A DNA stretch of 64,000 nucleotides from Ostreococcus lucimarinus (Eukaryota): assembly GCA_000092065.1 (NCBI GenBank), contig CP000592.1; one strand, given 5' to 3'. Below, one piece after another: positions 54,719 to 64,000 of the stretch. Position 1 is the stretch's first letter. Every line of letters starts with the position of its first letter. The notes under the pieces are model-generated. The model was not told the DNA's origin. It searched no databases and worked only from the letters and a program-made list of their open reading frames with translations. Made by a program: the position numbers and the translations under genes.

Positions 54719-56032
54719 ATGGCGACGACGGCGCGCGCGGCGACGACGCGCGCGGCGACGACGCGCGCGACGACGAAGACGACGACGCGCGCGACGACGA
54801 CGACGCGACGCGCGCGCGCGACGAACGAGGGCGAGACGCGCGCGGCGACGGGCGACGACGAAGACGACGCTCGAGCGCGAGAGCGCGAGAGCGCGAGGCG
54901 ACGGGACGACGCGTTCTCGTCGTTCGAGCGCGCGCTGGCGGACGCGGCGTCGTTCGGGTCGTCGAGCTCGTCGGGACGGGGGTGGACGCGCGTGGACGAC
55001 GCGTGGGCGCTGGCGCCGCGCGCGGGCGTCGAGGCCAAGGCGGTGGTGCACTTTTGCGGCGGCGCGTTCGTGGGAGCGTCGCCGCAGGTGACGTACGGGG
55101 AGTTTTGCGAGCGATTGGTGGAGCGGGGAGAGGTGGTGGTGATCGCGACGCCCGTGCAGCTGGGGTTGGATCACCTGCGCGTCGCGGACGAGGCGTGGCA
55201 AAAGTACGAGCGCGCGTCGAGGGCGCTGAGGAAGACGATGGACGGGTTCGACGATCTGCCGGTGTACGGCGTCGGACACTCGTTGGGGGCGTTGGTGACC
55301 GTGCTCATCGGGTCGAGATACGAAACGAAGCGACGGGGGAACGTGTTGATGTCGTTTAATAACAAGCCGGCGACGGATGCGATTCCGCTCTTCGCCGAGC
55401 TCTTCGCCCCGGGATTGCAAGGACTTTCGCCCATTCTCGACGCCGCGCAAAAGTCGCCGCTGCGCGCGTTGCAGCGAAACGCCGACGCGCAGCTTCGTGA
55501 GCTCGCGCCGCCTTTGGTCAAGGAGCTTTTACCCATCCTGGACACTCTCGAGCCGGTGATTTTGGAAGTCGCCGACGGGCGCGCCGAGTTCACGCCGACG
55601 CCCGAGGAATCGGCGAAATTGGTGAGGAAGTACTACGCCGTGCGCAAGAATTTGTTGATCAAGTTTACCGACGACACCATCGACGAGACCAGCGCGCTCG
55701 CCGCCACGCTCGCGGGCGCGGTGGCGGCGGAGGATATCGATCTCACCGTGCGCACGCGAAAAGGCGACCACGTCTTCCCGCTCTGGCGCGACACCGGCAT
55801 CGACGTTCCGGACGAAGTCTACGAGGCCGCGGAGCAAGGCGGCGAAATTCTCGCCGCGTTCGGGGACGCGTTCGGGATCAAAGCCGATAGCTCGCCGCTC
55901 GGTGTACTCCGAGAGGGCTTCGACCGCGCGCGCACGCAAGCCAAGGAGGCGCGCTCGGCGCCGGGCGTCGACGAAAACCGCATCCTCATGAACGCCCTCG
56001 TCGACGACGTCGTGAATTGGATGGCGATTTAG
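54719..56032 (+). CDS. DUF1350 family protein (chloroplast-type alpha/beta-hydrolase-like) with a Thr/Arg/Ala-rich transit peptide
   Basis: The C-terminal 300 aa match DUF1350 (VVHFCGGAFVGASPQVTYGEFCERLVERGEVVVIATP...LPVYGVGHSLGALVTVLIG...). Proposed start is ATG at 54719 (MATTARAATTRAATTRATTKTTTRATTTTRRARAT...). The upstream 200 codons of the track ORF are Arg/Pro junk spanning the RPS15 promoter. Confidence 0.65.
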   Translation: MATTARAATTRAATTRATTKTTTRATTTTRRARATNEGETRAATGDDEDDARARERESARRRDDAFSSFERALADAASFGSSSSSGRGWTRVDDAWALAPRAGVEAKAVVHFCGGAFVGASPQVTYGEFCERLVERGEVVVIATPVQLGLDHLRVADEAWQKYERASRALRKTMDGFDDLPVYGVGHSLGALVTVLIGSRYETKRRGNVLMSFNNKPATDAIPLFAELFAPGLQGLSPILDAAQKSPLRALQRNADAQLRELAPPLVKELLPILDTLEPVILEVADGRAEFTPTPEESAKLVRKYYAVRKNLLIKFTDDTIDETSALAATLAGAVAAEDIDLTVRTRKGDHVFPLWRDTGIDVPDEVYEAAEQGGEILAAFGDAFGIKADSSPLGVLREGFDRARTQAKEARSAPGVDENRILMNALVDDVVNWMAI

Positions 56033-56123
56033 TATTCCACGTGCTTTTTAACACCTCTGAGGCGATAGCTTTGCATGATTTCTTCCTCCGGCCCGCGTCT
56101 CGCCGTCACTTTGCGCCTCTCGC

Positions 56124-57092
56124 ATGCCGCCGACGCTTCGCGCGCCGCTACCCACCTCAACGCGCGCGCCCGTCGCCTCGACCTCCGCTCGAGCGCGCTC
56201 GCGCGCGCGCGTCAACGCGCTCGACGTCGGTGCGTTCGCGTTGAGCGGTGGCATCGCCGCGTGCGCGAGCCACTCGCTTTCGGTGCCCTTGGATGTCATC
56301 AAAACCAGACTGCAGTGCGAAAAATTCGACGACGCCACCGTTCTGGGCGTCGGCGCGGCGATCGTGCGGCGCGAGGGCGTCGGTGCGCTCACCGCGGGGT
56401 GGGAGAGCACGTTCTTCGGGTACGGCGCGCAGGGAGCGCTGAAATACGGTGGATTTGAGTTTCTCAAGCGGTGCGCGAGCGCGAGCGCCGGCGGCGACCA
56501 GAGCGCGCTGGGATTGCTCGCGCTCGTCGCGTGCGCCGCGAGCGCCGAAGTCGTTGGAAGCGCCGTGTTGACGCCGTTGGAACAAATCAGGATCAAGACG
56601 GTGAGCGATTCGCGGTACGCGGGGGATTCGTTCGCGGCGGCGGCGAGGCGGTTCGCGAGCGAGCCAAACGGCGGGCTCTCGTCGGTGGCGTCAAATTTAC
56701 CCGTCGTGTACGCCAAGATGCTTCCGTACACCGCGGTGCAGTTGGTATCGTACGACGTGTTCAATCGAACGTTGGCGTCGATGTCGCTCGATTCGGCGAC
56801 GACGCGACCGGCGGCGGCGTTGGCCGCGGGCGTCTTGGCGTCGTTGGCGTCGCAACCGGGCGACACGTTACTCTCAGCGACGAACGCCGGTCGGTGCGTC
56901 ATCGTCGGCGACGACGAAGACACCACCGCGTCTCCGCGCCCGCGTCGCTCGCCGCTCGACGTCGCGATCGAGCTCGGGCCGGTCGGTCTGATGACGGGTT
57001 GGCGCGCGAGAATAGCGCACGTGACTCTCATCGTCTTCGCCCAGCTCCTCGTCTACGACGCCGTGAAAGACGTCTTAGCCTCGCCGCGATAG
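56124..57092 (+). CDS. Mitochondrial carrier family (SLC25) protein
   Basis: Tripartite six-TM layout with carrier signatures PLDVIKTRLQ (repeat 1) and PLEQIRIKTV (repeat 2). The third repeat is degenerate (PGDTLLSATN). ATG at 56124. Confidence 0.65.
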   Translation: MPPTLRAPLPTSTRAPVASTSARARSRARVNALDVGAFALSGGIAACASHSLSVPLDVIKTRLQCEKFDDATVLGVGAAIVRREGVGALTAGWESTFFGYGAQGALKYGGFEFLKRCASASAGGDQSALGLLALVACAASAEVVGSAVLTPLEQIRIKTVSDSRYAGDSFAAAARRFASEPNGGLSSVASNLPVVYAKMLPYTAVQLVSYDVFNRTLASMSLDSATTRPAAALAAGVLASLASQPGDTLLSATNAGRCVIVGDDEDTTASPRPRRSPLDVAIELGPVGLMTGWRARIAHVTLIVFAQLLVYDAVKDVLASPR

Positions 57093-57192
57093 CGATAGCG
57101 TCGTTCATAGAATCTAGAATCCCATCGCATCGTCTCGCGCGACGCGCGTTCGCGAGTCTTCGTCGTTTCCTTCACAACGCGCCGCGCGCTCG

Positions 57193-58293
57193 ATGTCGTC
57201 GAGGCTCCTTCTCTGCGCCGTCTTATTCGCCTTCGTCCCTCGATCGCGCGCCGTCGACGTCGTTCGCGCGAACGATCGCGCGCCGTCGAATCCGATATTC
57301 CCCAACGGCCTGGACGTCTTCGGCAGGGACGCGCGGTGCCGCGCGTGTCACGCCCTGGTGAACGCGCTCAATGAAAATCTCATCCCATCCATCGCCGCCG
57401 AGCGCGCGAAACCGGCGTCTCGAGCGACGTACGGCGCGCTGGACGCCCTCATCGAGGCCGCGCTGGCGCCGGCGTGCCGATTGAGCGCGACCTGGCGCGA
57501 CGCGACGACGAGGAAGGCGTGCGAGAGGCTGATGGAGACGCGAGAGGACGACGTCGCGGCGGCGTATCATCGATGGATCAAACGCGGCGGCGGATCGGCG
57601 CGGGACGGCGGTGGGACGCGCGGAGACGGGTCGAGGGTGACGGTGGCGGAGGCGAGATCGGGGGCGTACGATCCGGTGGGATGGAATTGGAATTACGAGG
57701 TGTGCGGACGCGCGACGGGCGCGTGCAGGGAACAGTTGGCGATGCACGAACTCGCGGAGTTTGACGACGACGGCGCGGGCGACGGAGAGGCGAGGAAGTA
57801 TCGATCGGAGCAGAGACCGGCGGACGGGGAGACGGTGGATGGGATGCTGAAGGTGACGGCGGGAACGTTTCACGAGGCGGTGGTGCGCCGAGACGCGGAC
57901 GTCGTGGCGTACGTGGGATTTCCAAAGTTGGACAAGTGGGGGCACTTTTACGCGGCGGCCGCGTTGGGGAGCGTGCGCGAGATGTTCGCGTCGAACGAGA
58001 CCGCGCGCGAGGGGTTTGAGATCGCGTTCGTGGATGGCACGCACAACGACGTGCCGCCGCCGTACGGGAGCGACGCGCAGGCGCCGACGGTGGCGATGTT
58101 CGCGGCGGGGAATAAAAATTGGCCTCGGTACATGACGGACATGAACGACGGGAAGTTGACCGCGTTTGAAGTCTTACAATTCATCATGCGCACGTCGGCG
58201 AAGCCGTCGACGGTGCAACACGCGCATTGGCTCACGCAGTCGCTTTCGCAAAACGCGCTTCATCGTAGAATTTGGGACGACGACGAGTTGTGA
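57193..58293 (+). CDS. Secretory-pathway protein with signal peptide, Cys-rich saposin-like N-terminal region, thioredoxin-fold domain with a degenerate active site, and C-terminal DDEL
   Basis: Signal peptide MSSRLLLCAVLFAFVPRSRA. CRACHALVNALNENLIPSI and other paired Cys. Trx-like region GTFHEAVVRRDADVVAYVGFPKLDKWGHFY, where the canonical APWCGHC reads as KLDKWGHF with no cysteines. Ends ...RRIWDDDEL*, an ER-retrieval-like motif. Confidence 0.55.
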   Translation: MSSRLLLCAVLFAFVPRSRAVDVVRANDRAPSNPIFPNGLDVFGRDARCRACHALVNALNENLIPSIAAERAKPASRATYGALDALIEAALAPACRLSATWRDATTRKACERLMETREDDVAAAYHRWIKRGGGSARDGGGTRGDGSRVTVAEARSGAYDPVGWNWNYEVCGRATGACREQLAMHELAEFDDDGAGDGEARKYRSEQRPADGETVDGMLKVTAGTFHEAVVRRDADVVAYVGFPKLDKWGHFYAAAALGSVREMFASNETAREGFEIAFVDGTHNDVPPPYGSDAQAPTVAMFAAGNKNWPRYMTDMNDGKLTAFEVLQFIMRTSAKPSTVQHAHWLTQSLSQNALHRRIWDDDEL

Positions 58294-58390
58294 TGAAACC
58301 GGTGAAGTAAAATAACAAGACGCGCGCGCGCGATCGACGAGCGCCGTCGCAACGAAGATGACGTATGAAACAGCTCGCGCGTTCGACGCG

Positions 58391-59119
58391 CTAAATCACA
58401 ACCTGCAGCCCTGACTTTTTATCCGTTCGCAGCGACCGCGCGCTCTCGCTATCGATGGACCTCCGTTCCCAACTCTCGTGCACTTCCTCGAAATACTGCA
58501 GCCACTCCTTCCCCGTGAGCACCGTCTCCGGGTGCGGTTCGTCTCGTCCCATCAGCGCGTGCGTCACCGGCCTCGAGTTCAGGCTTCCCGTGTGCACCAA
58601 ATCCGTCATCAATCCCAACTGAATCATCGCGCTCATCGCGTCCGTGTTCACCCACGACTTCACGATGGCTCCGTTCTCAAACTCCATCACGCACGTCCCC
58701 GTCCATCGCGCCGTGCGTTCATTCAGGCTCGCCGTGAAACTCAGCTGCGCGACGCACTTATCGCCCTCCTCGATCACGTTATCCACCGCTATGACGTAAT
58801 CCGGCAGCGCCTCGCGATTCCCTCGCACGTGCTGCATGTACGCCTCGACCCCTGGCTCGGGCGTCGGGTTCGACGGATCGATCAGCACGTGGTCGTCGCT
58901 GACGTACCGCTCGGCGCTCGCGTTCGCGGACGCCAGGTCGGCGTTGTTCCACACCTCGCGGTAGAGACGGCGGACGATCGATTTGTTGGAGCGCGGCGGC
59001 GCGCGCGGCGACGACGACGGCGCGGGCGGGCGCGGCGCGACGCGCGCGCGCGGCGCGCGAAGCGCCAGGGCGGTCGCGACGCTCGCGAGGACGGCGACGA
59101 GGGGGGGCGGGACGGGCAT
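58391..59119 (-). CDS. Secreted SnoaL-like/NTF2-fold protein (ester-cyclase-like)
   Basis: Signal peptide MPVPPPLVAVLASVATALALRAP. SnoaL-like core SIVRRLYREVWNNADLASANASAERYVSDDHVLIDPS...EAYMQHVRGNREALPDYVIAVDNVIEEGDKCVAQLSFT. ATG at 59119. Confidence 0.55.
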   Translation of the reverse strand: MPVPPPLVAVLASVATALALRAPRARVAPRPPAPSSSPRAPPRSNKSIVRRLYREVWNNADLASANASAERYVSDDHVLIDPSNPTPEPGVEAYMQHVRGNREALPDYVIAVDNVIEEGDKCVAQLSFTASLNERTARWTGTCVMEFENGAIVKSWVNTDAMSAMIQLGLMTDLVHTGSLNSRPVTHALMGRDEPHPETVLTGKEWLQYFEEVHESWERRSIDSESARSLRTDKKSGLQVVI

Positions 59120-59312
59120 CGCGCGCGCGACGGCGCGCGGCGGAGTGGGGAGGAAGCCCGGGCGAGGCGAGGCGAGCGCGAGCGCGAGGCGAAGGCGCGA
59201 GGGATGGACGGAAGACGTGGAGATTAAAATAAATGCGATGGGAGCGCCGGCGAGCGATCGACGCGTCGGGGTGAGGTAAAGGTATGAATAAATGGCCGCG
59301 CGCGAGGCGCGC

Positions 59313-60788
59313 TCACCCGACGGTTCGGAGGGAAGGCACGTACGCCTCGTGGCCGACGCGGGCGAGGTGGGAGAAGTGCGCGCGCAGCGCGGACCAAAAC
59401 GTGGGGTAGATTTGATAGTGTAATCCGTGCTTATCCGCGGCAGCCTTGATGATCGGCGCGAGCGCGGGGTAGTGCACGTGACACACGCCCGGGAAGAGGT
59501 GGTGGACGACTTGATAGTTTAAGCCGCCGGAGAAGTGGGTCCAAAACTTGCTGCCGTGCGCGAAATCAGCCGAAGTCATGAGTTGCGCCTCGCCCCAGCC
59601 CTTGTTGAGCTGGTTCTTTTCGTTGAGGCGGAAGAAGTGGACGTCGCCGACGACGTGGGCGACTTGGAACATGAACGCCAGCAACCAACCGGTGACGAAC
59701 TCGGTGACGGTCCAGAGCGCCAAGAGCTGACCGATCGAGCGATGGGAGTACTTGGCGGGCAAGTAGAGGTAGTAAAACGCCCACGCGAGCTTGCTTCCCC
59801 AAAACGCCACGGCTTCACCGCGAGTAAACTTCATCACCTTCACCCAACCGATTCGGCCGGAGAAGAAGGCGTTGAAGTCGTCCACGAAGCACGATTTGAA
59901 CGACAACAAGCCGTACATCAACGCCAAGTAGACGTGTTGAACTCTGTGGTACGGCTCGTGAGGCTGATGCTCGTTCACCCGTCGCACGTCCTTTTCCGAG
60001 CATCGAATGTCGGGATCGATGCCTTCGACGTTGGTGTACGCGTGATGTCCGGCGACGTGCTGCTGCTTCCACATGAAGCTCGACGCGCCGACGGCGTCCA
60101 AGGTCAACTGCATCGCGTGCAACCAAGTGCGATTGTTTCCGTACGCCCCGTGATTGGCGTCGTGCTGGATCGACACTCCTACTTCCGCCTTGCACGTGCC
60201 GTGCAGCACCGCGAGCGCCAACGCCGCGGCGAAGGACGCCGACGGCGCGAAAAACGACCCGTAGTGTCCGACGACGACGCCCGTCAAAATCACCAACGTC
60301 TTCGCGTACATCTCCCAGTGCACGCGCGGATCGAGCTTATTATCCTTAAAATACTTCGCCGCCCCCGCCTTACAATCCGCGTAAAACTCTCCCTCCCTCA
60401 GATCGTCCTTCAAGTACTCCACCACGTCCTCGTCCTCGCGTTCCCCCGCGTCCCTCCGCAGCGCGCCGATCCTATACTTCTCCAGCGTCGCCCTCGCGCG
60501 CTCGGGATGATACGAGTCGAACAGCGCCGTGCACTCGCCCCCCGCCTTGACGTATATCATGTTCCCTCCCGGGTGTCTCGGCACGAACCTCGTCACGTCG
60601 TACACGCCGCCTCGCACGATCACCCAGCAGTCGTCCGCGCGCGCGTGCCTCGCCACCTCCGCCGCCGTGTACGTCGCCTCGCGCGCGTCATCGCGCGCGA
60701 CGCGCGTCGTCGCGCGTCGTCGTCGCGTCGTCGCGCCCTTTCCCGCGCGCCGCGCGTCGTCGTCGACGATCTCCGCGACCGTCGTCAT
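59313..60788 (-). CDS. Front-end fatty acid desaturase with an N-terminal cytochrome b5 domain (delta4/5/6/8 class)
   Basis: Cyt b5 HPGG motif (TRFVPRHPGGNMI). His boxes HDANHG, HHAYTN and QVVHHLFP (the Q-for-H third box typical of front-end desaturases). 491 aa. ATG at 60788. Confidence 0.9.
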   Translation of the reverse strand: MTTVAEIVDDDARRAGKGATTRRRRATTRVARDDAREATYTAAEVARHARADDCWVIVRGGVYDVTRFVPRHPGGNMIYVKAGGECTALFDSYHPERARATLEKYRIGALRRDAGEREDEDVVEYLKDDLREGEFYADCKAGAAKYFKDNKLDPRVHWEMYAKTLVILTGVVVGHYGSFFAPSASFAAALALAVLHGTCKAEVGVSIQHDANHGAYGNNRTWLHAMQLTLDAVGASSFMWKQQHVAGHHAYTNVEGIDPDIRCSEKDVRRVNEHQPHEPYHRVQHVYLALMYGLLSFKSCFVDDFNAFFSGRIGWVKVMKFTRGEAVAFWGSKLAWAFYYLYLPAKYSHRSIGQLLALWTVTEFVTGWLLAFMFQVAHVVGDVHFFRLNEKNQLNKGWGEAQLMTSADFAHGSKFWTHFSGGLNYQVVHHLFPGVCHVHYPALAPIIKAAADKHGLHYQIYPTFWSALRAHFSHLARVGHEAYVPSLRTVG

Positions 60789-61416
60789 CGCGTCGCGTCG
60801 CGCCCTCGTTCGCCGCGCGGCGTCGTCGACGCGCGACGCCGGCGGTCGCGGGCGCGCGGTGAGCGCGACGGCGCGCGACGCGGCGCGCGAGTCGAGCGCG
60901 CGCGGCGAGCGCGCGGCGTCGTGTGGCGACGCGCGCGCGCGCCGACGTCACCGGGCGGGGCGGTCGGTCGCGTATGGGGATCAGTGACGGGGTCTGTATA
61001 CATCGAGTGACCATCATTTCTTCTACAGTACGGTAATGTTGGTCGTACACTGTGTGGTATTTGTGGTATGTAAACGCGCGTGTCGCACGCGTGTCGGACG
61101 CGTGTCGGACGAATCGCGCGGGAAACGGCGACGGCGCCGCAGACGACGGCGCGCGCTCGACGCGCGCGCGAGGGAGGCGCGAACCGCGAGGAACCGCGAG
61201 AGAGACCGCGATCGACGCGACGCGATCGACGCGCGCGCGCGAGCGCCGCGGAGGAGGACGCGCGCGCGCGAATCGTGGACGCCGGAAGACGCCGATCGCG
61301 ACGACGCGCGAAGACGCATCGCGACGCGACGCGCGCGCGAGACGGCGAGAGCGCGACGCGAGCGACGCGGGCGAACGGTACGCGACTTCGAGGGGGGTCG
61401 CGGCGACGCGCGCGCG

Positions 61417-62253
61417 ATGGGAGGGTCGGGGAGGACGCGACGACCGTCGACGCGGGTGTTGGAGGCGACGGCGGCGCGAGACGACGACGCGGCGAGTCGG
61501 AGTCGACGCGCGATCGCGTCGACGTCGGCGGGGAAGAGGGTGAAGTCGCCGGGAAGCGCGGGAAGGGGGACGGCGGCGCGTCGGGAGAGCGAGGCGCACG
61601 CCAAGGCGGCATTGGCGGCGGTGATGGGCGCGCCGCGAGACGTTTACGTGAACCTGCCGACGTACAGTGAGAGCGCGAGCGCGCATCACGACGATGAGAT
61701 GGCGTTACCGGTGTCGATTTTCGACGATCCGTTGCTGGAGGAGATGCCGTTTTACGTCGAAACGTCGAAGCGGAAGTTGGAGATTGGGTCCATGTCTCCG
61801 GTGGCGGCGAATCGCAAACGATTGAGCATTGACGTTCCTGAACCGTTTGACGACGTGTGCGAGAGCTCTCCGCTCGGTATTCCTCGCCAACGCCGTCGTT
61901 TGAGCGCTAACGGCCGTCGAACGACGCTTCACGAGTTGTTATCGCCCAGACGCACGCTCAACATGGGCGTGAGCGAGGAGTCCAAGCGCGTGCACGATCT
62001 CAAGCCCACAGATTTGGACAGCGCGCGCGAAACCCCGCAAGTCGTCGCTCAGAAAGCGGTTTCACGCTCGCAGTCCCTGAGCTCGATGGCGCGCGACGCC
62101 GACGGAAGAGTATCGCCCACCGGCGCCTTCAAAGCGGCGCTTCGATCGCCCGAAATCGTCGGCCCGCGCGACACGCTCTCGAGACAACTCAGTCGAGGCC
62201 TGTCGTGCGAAAAGTTATTTAACACCTCCGCGTCGCCCGCTCGCGTCGCGTGA
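61417..62253 (+). CDS. Hypothetical Ser/Arg-rich, probably intrinsically disordered protein (no recognisable domain)
   Basis: The ORF is open from about 61036. The 5' 127 codons begin in an AT-rich promoter-like island and then read as poly-Arg. The distal 280 aa have moderate complexity and carry multiple basophilic kinase consensus sites (RRLS, RKRLSID, RRTTLHELLSPRRTLN, SRSQSLSS). The ATG at 61417 is a guess, and the 61036 start is not excluded. Confidence 0.3.
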   Translation: MGGSGRTRRPSTRVLEATAARDDDAASRSRRAIASTSAGKRVKSPGSAGRGTAARRESEAHAKAALAAVMGAPRDVYVNLPTYSESASAHHDDEMALPVSIFDDPLLEEMPFYVETSKRKLEIGSMSPVAANRKRLSIDVPEPFDDVCESSPLGIPRQRRRLSANGRRTTLHELLSPRRTLNMGVSEESKRVHDLKPTDLDSARETPQVVAQKAVSRSQSLSSMARDADGRVSPTGAFKAALRSPEIVGPRDTLSRQLSRGLSCEKLFNTSASPARVA

Positions 62254-62405
62254 GATCCCATCCCGTTGTAAAGTATCATCTTAAACCCGATTGGTGTCGC
62301 CCGAAGTCTCGCGCTCGTCCCGCCGGCGCGTCCCGCCGCCGTCCGCACACGCCGCCTCGGTCCCCGACCGAGTCGTTCAACGCGTCCGCGTCGCCCGCGC
62401 TCGAC

Positions 62406-63320
62406 ATGTCGCTTCGCCGCGCGAGCGCGCACGCCGCGCGCGCGCTCGCGCGGCGCGCGCGCGCCGTCGCGCCGCTCGCGCGCGACGCCAGCTCGACGTC
62501 AAAACCTCTCGAATTCGATCGCCTTCGCGCGGCGTTCGCGACGACGGCGGACGCCGCGCCGCGCGTCAGCGCGACGGTGGACATCGAATCCGCCAACGCG
62601 CCCGAGGCGCCGACGCGCGCGGAGCTCGAGCGAAGGCCGAGGTTGAGCCTGGTCGACGCCGCGCGCTGGGTCAAGGCGAACGCGAAGGCCAAGTTCGCGG
62701 AGAGCGTGGAATTCGCGGTGCACCTCGGCGTGGACCCGAAACGGAGCGATATGATCGTCAGAGGCGCGGTGCGATTGCCGCACGGGACGGGAAAGACGGT
62801 GCGCGTGGCGGTGTTCGCGGAGGGGGAGGACGCGGAGGCGGCGCGAGACGCGGGGGCGACGACGATTGGCGGCGCGGCGTTGGTGGATGAAATTAAAGAG
62901 GGCGGATCGGGGACGATTCAGTTCGATAAGGCGATCGCGACGCCGGGGATGATGTCGAAGTTGAAGGAGATCGCGCGGATCTTAGGCCCGCGAGGGTTGA
63001 TGCCGAATCCGAAATTGGGGACGGTGACGACGGACGTCGCCGAGGCGGTGCGCGAACACCTCGGCGGGCGCGTGGAGTTTAGAGCGGAGAAAAACGCCAT
63101 CGTGCACGTCATGGTTGGAAAAGTGAACTTCGAGGAGGAACATTTGGTGGAAAACGTTGCCACCGTGTTTCGTGAGCTCTTGGCGCTGAGACCTAAAGGG
63201 AAAGGTGCGCCGAACGCGAGCAAGTACGTGCGAAAGGCGTACCTGAGCAGCACCATGGGCAAAGGATCGGCGCGTTTGGAAGTGAGCGATCTCGTGGACG
63301 CCGCGAGCGCGCTGAAGTAG
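62406..63320 (+). CDS. RPL1: Organellar (bacterial-type) ribosomal protein L1 (uL1), probably mitochondrial
   Basis: ...KFAESVEFAVHLGVDPKRSDMIVRGAVRLPHGTGKTVRVAVFAEGEDAEAARDAGATTIGGAALVDEIKEGG...GPRGLMPNPKLGTVTTDVAEAVRE...GRVEFRAEKNAIVHVMVGKVNFEEEHLVENV is a whole-length bacterial L1. Arg-rich presequence MSLRRASAHAARALARRARAVAPL. ATG at 62406. The track ORF start at 62250 overlaps the previous gene. Confidence 0.85.
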   Translation: MSLRRASAHAARALARRARAVAPLARDASSTSKPLEFDRLRAAFATTADAAPRVSATVDIESANAPEAPTRAELERRPRLSLVDAARWVKANAKAKFAESVEFAVHLGVDPKRSDMIVRGAVRLPHGTGKTVRVAVFAEGEDAEAARDAGATTIGGAALVDEIKEGGSGTIQFDKAIATPGMMSKLKEIARILGPRGLMPNPKLGTVTTDVAEAVREHLGGRVEFRAEKNAIVHVMVGKVNFEEEHLVENVATVFRELLALRPKGKGAPNASKYVRKAYLSSTMGKGSARLEVSDLVDAASALK

Positions 63321-63586
63321 TCACGATACAATCCAAGTAGACGAGACGTAGCACGTTTAACATTAGAAAGGAATTGCATCATCTGGTTTGAATTTTCATC
63401 ACAACGCCGCGCTCGCGCGCTCCTGTTTCTCTTCGTTGTCACTACACGTTCCTTTCCCAGGTCTTCGTTTAACTGTTACTTCGCCTATACGCGCGCACGC
63501 TCGACGGCACTCACCGCCGCTCTACCACTCTATTTTGTTTAAATCGTCTCACTCGCCGAACATCCAAGCCTCGTCGCGCCCGCCGC

Positions 63587-64000
<414 letters not shown>

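Overview
The window is a very GC-rich (about 65-70%), extremely gene-dense stretch of eukaryotic nuclear DNA. There are about 40 protein-coding genes on both strands, with intergenic spacers of only 13-500 bp and mostly single-exon genes. The protein set points to a green-lineage picoalga, most consistent with a Micromonas-like member of the Mamiellophyceae. It includes Sec24, CK2 alpha, an RFC small subunit, RPS15, RPL13a, ARF1, TRAPPC13, NAA35/Mak10 and a PIAS-type SP-RING protein. It also includes plant/plastid-type genes: a bifunctional DHQ-SDH, uroporphyrinogen decarboxylase with a transit peptide, a KEA-type K+/H+ antiporter, DUF1350, a PGP synthase, a front-end desaturase and a class II trehalose-phosphate synthase. 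I found no rRNA or tRNA genes, no CRISPR arrays, no transposons and no prokaryotic or viral islands. I see no foreign 'system', but there are several unusual gene architectures worth checking. Because the GC content is so high, the six-frame track contains many long Arg/Ala-rich spurious ORFs and spurious 5' extensions. The track also starts ORFs at GTG/TTG/CTG, so I re-derived start codons by looking for the first plausible ATG. Coordinates were re-derived by codon arithmetic from the track and checked against the printed sequence where I could, but single-nucleotide slips in my reading of the sequence lines are possible. The main features are: (1) a recurring 5'-proximal intron architecture in at least six introns of five genes (RPL13a, RPS15, TPS, a ferredoxin-like gene and an EDR1-J-domain gene), with GT(A/G)CG(N) donors, an ACTGAC branch-point-like motif 25-32 nt upstream of the AG, and GCAG/ACAG/ATAG acceptors; RPS15 appears to have a first exon consisting of ATG alone; (2) a small adrenodoxin-fold protein in which all four [2Fe-2S] cysteine ligands are absent, with a mitochondrial-type presequence on a separate first exon, possibly a complex-I bridge ferredoxin-like subunit; (3) an RraA-like/KDPG-KHG aldolase fusion; (4) a large Gly/His-rich repeat protein with two duplicated Cys-rich modules, whose antisense strand reads as a Pro-rich extensin-like ORF; (5) a GH5 glycosidase with long tandem peptide repeats and an acidic/His-rich tail; (6) a methyltransferase-like/PhyH-like dioxygenase fusion; (7) an EDR1-N domain fused to a C-terminal J domain; and (8) several regulatory-looking repeats in bidirectional promoters.
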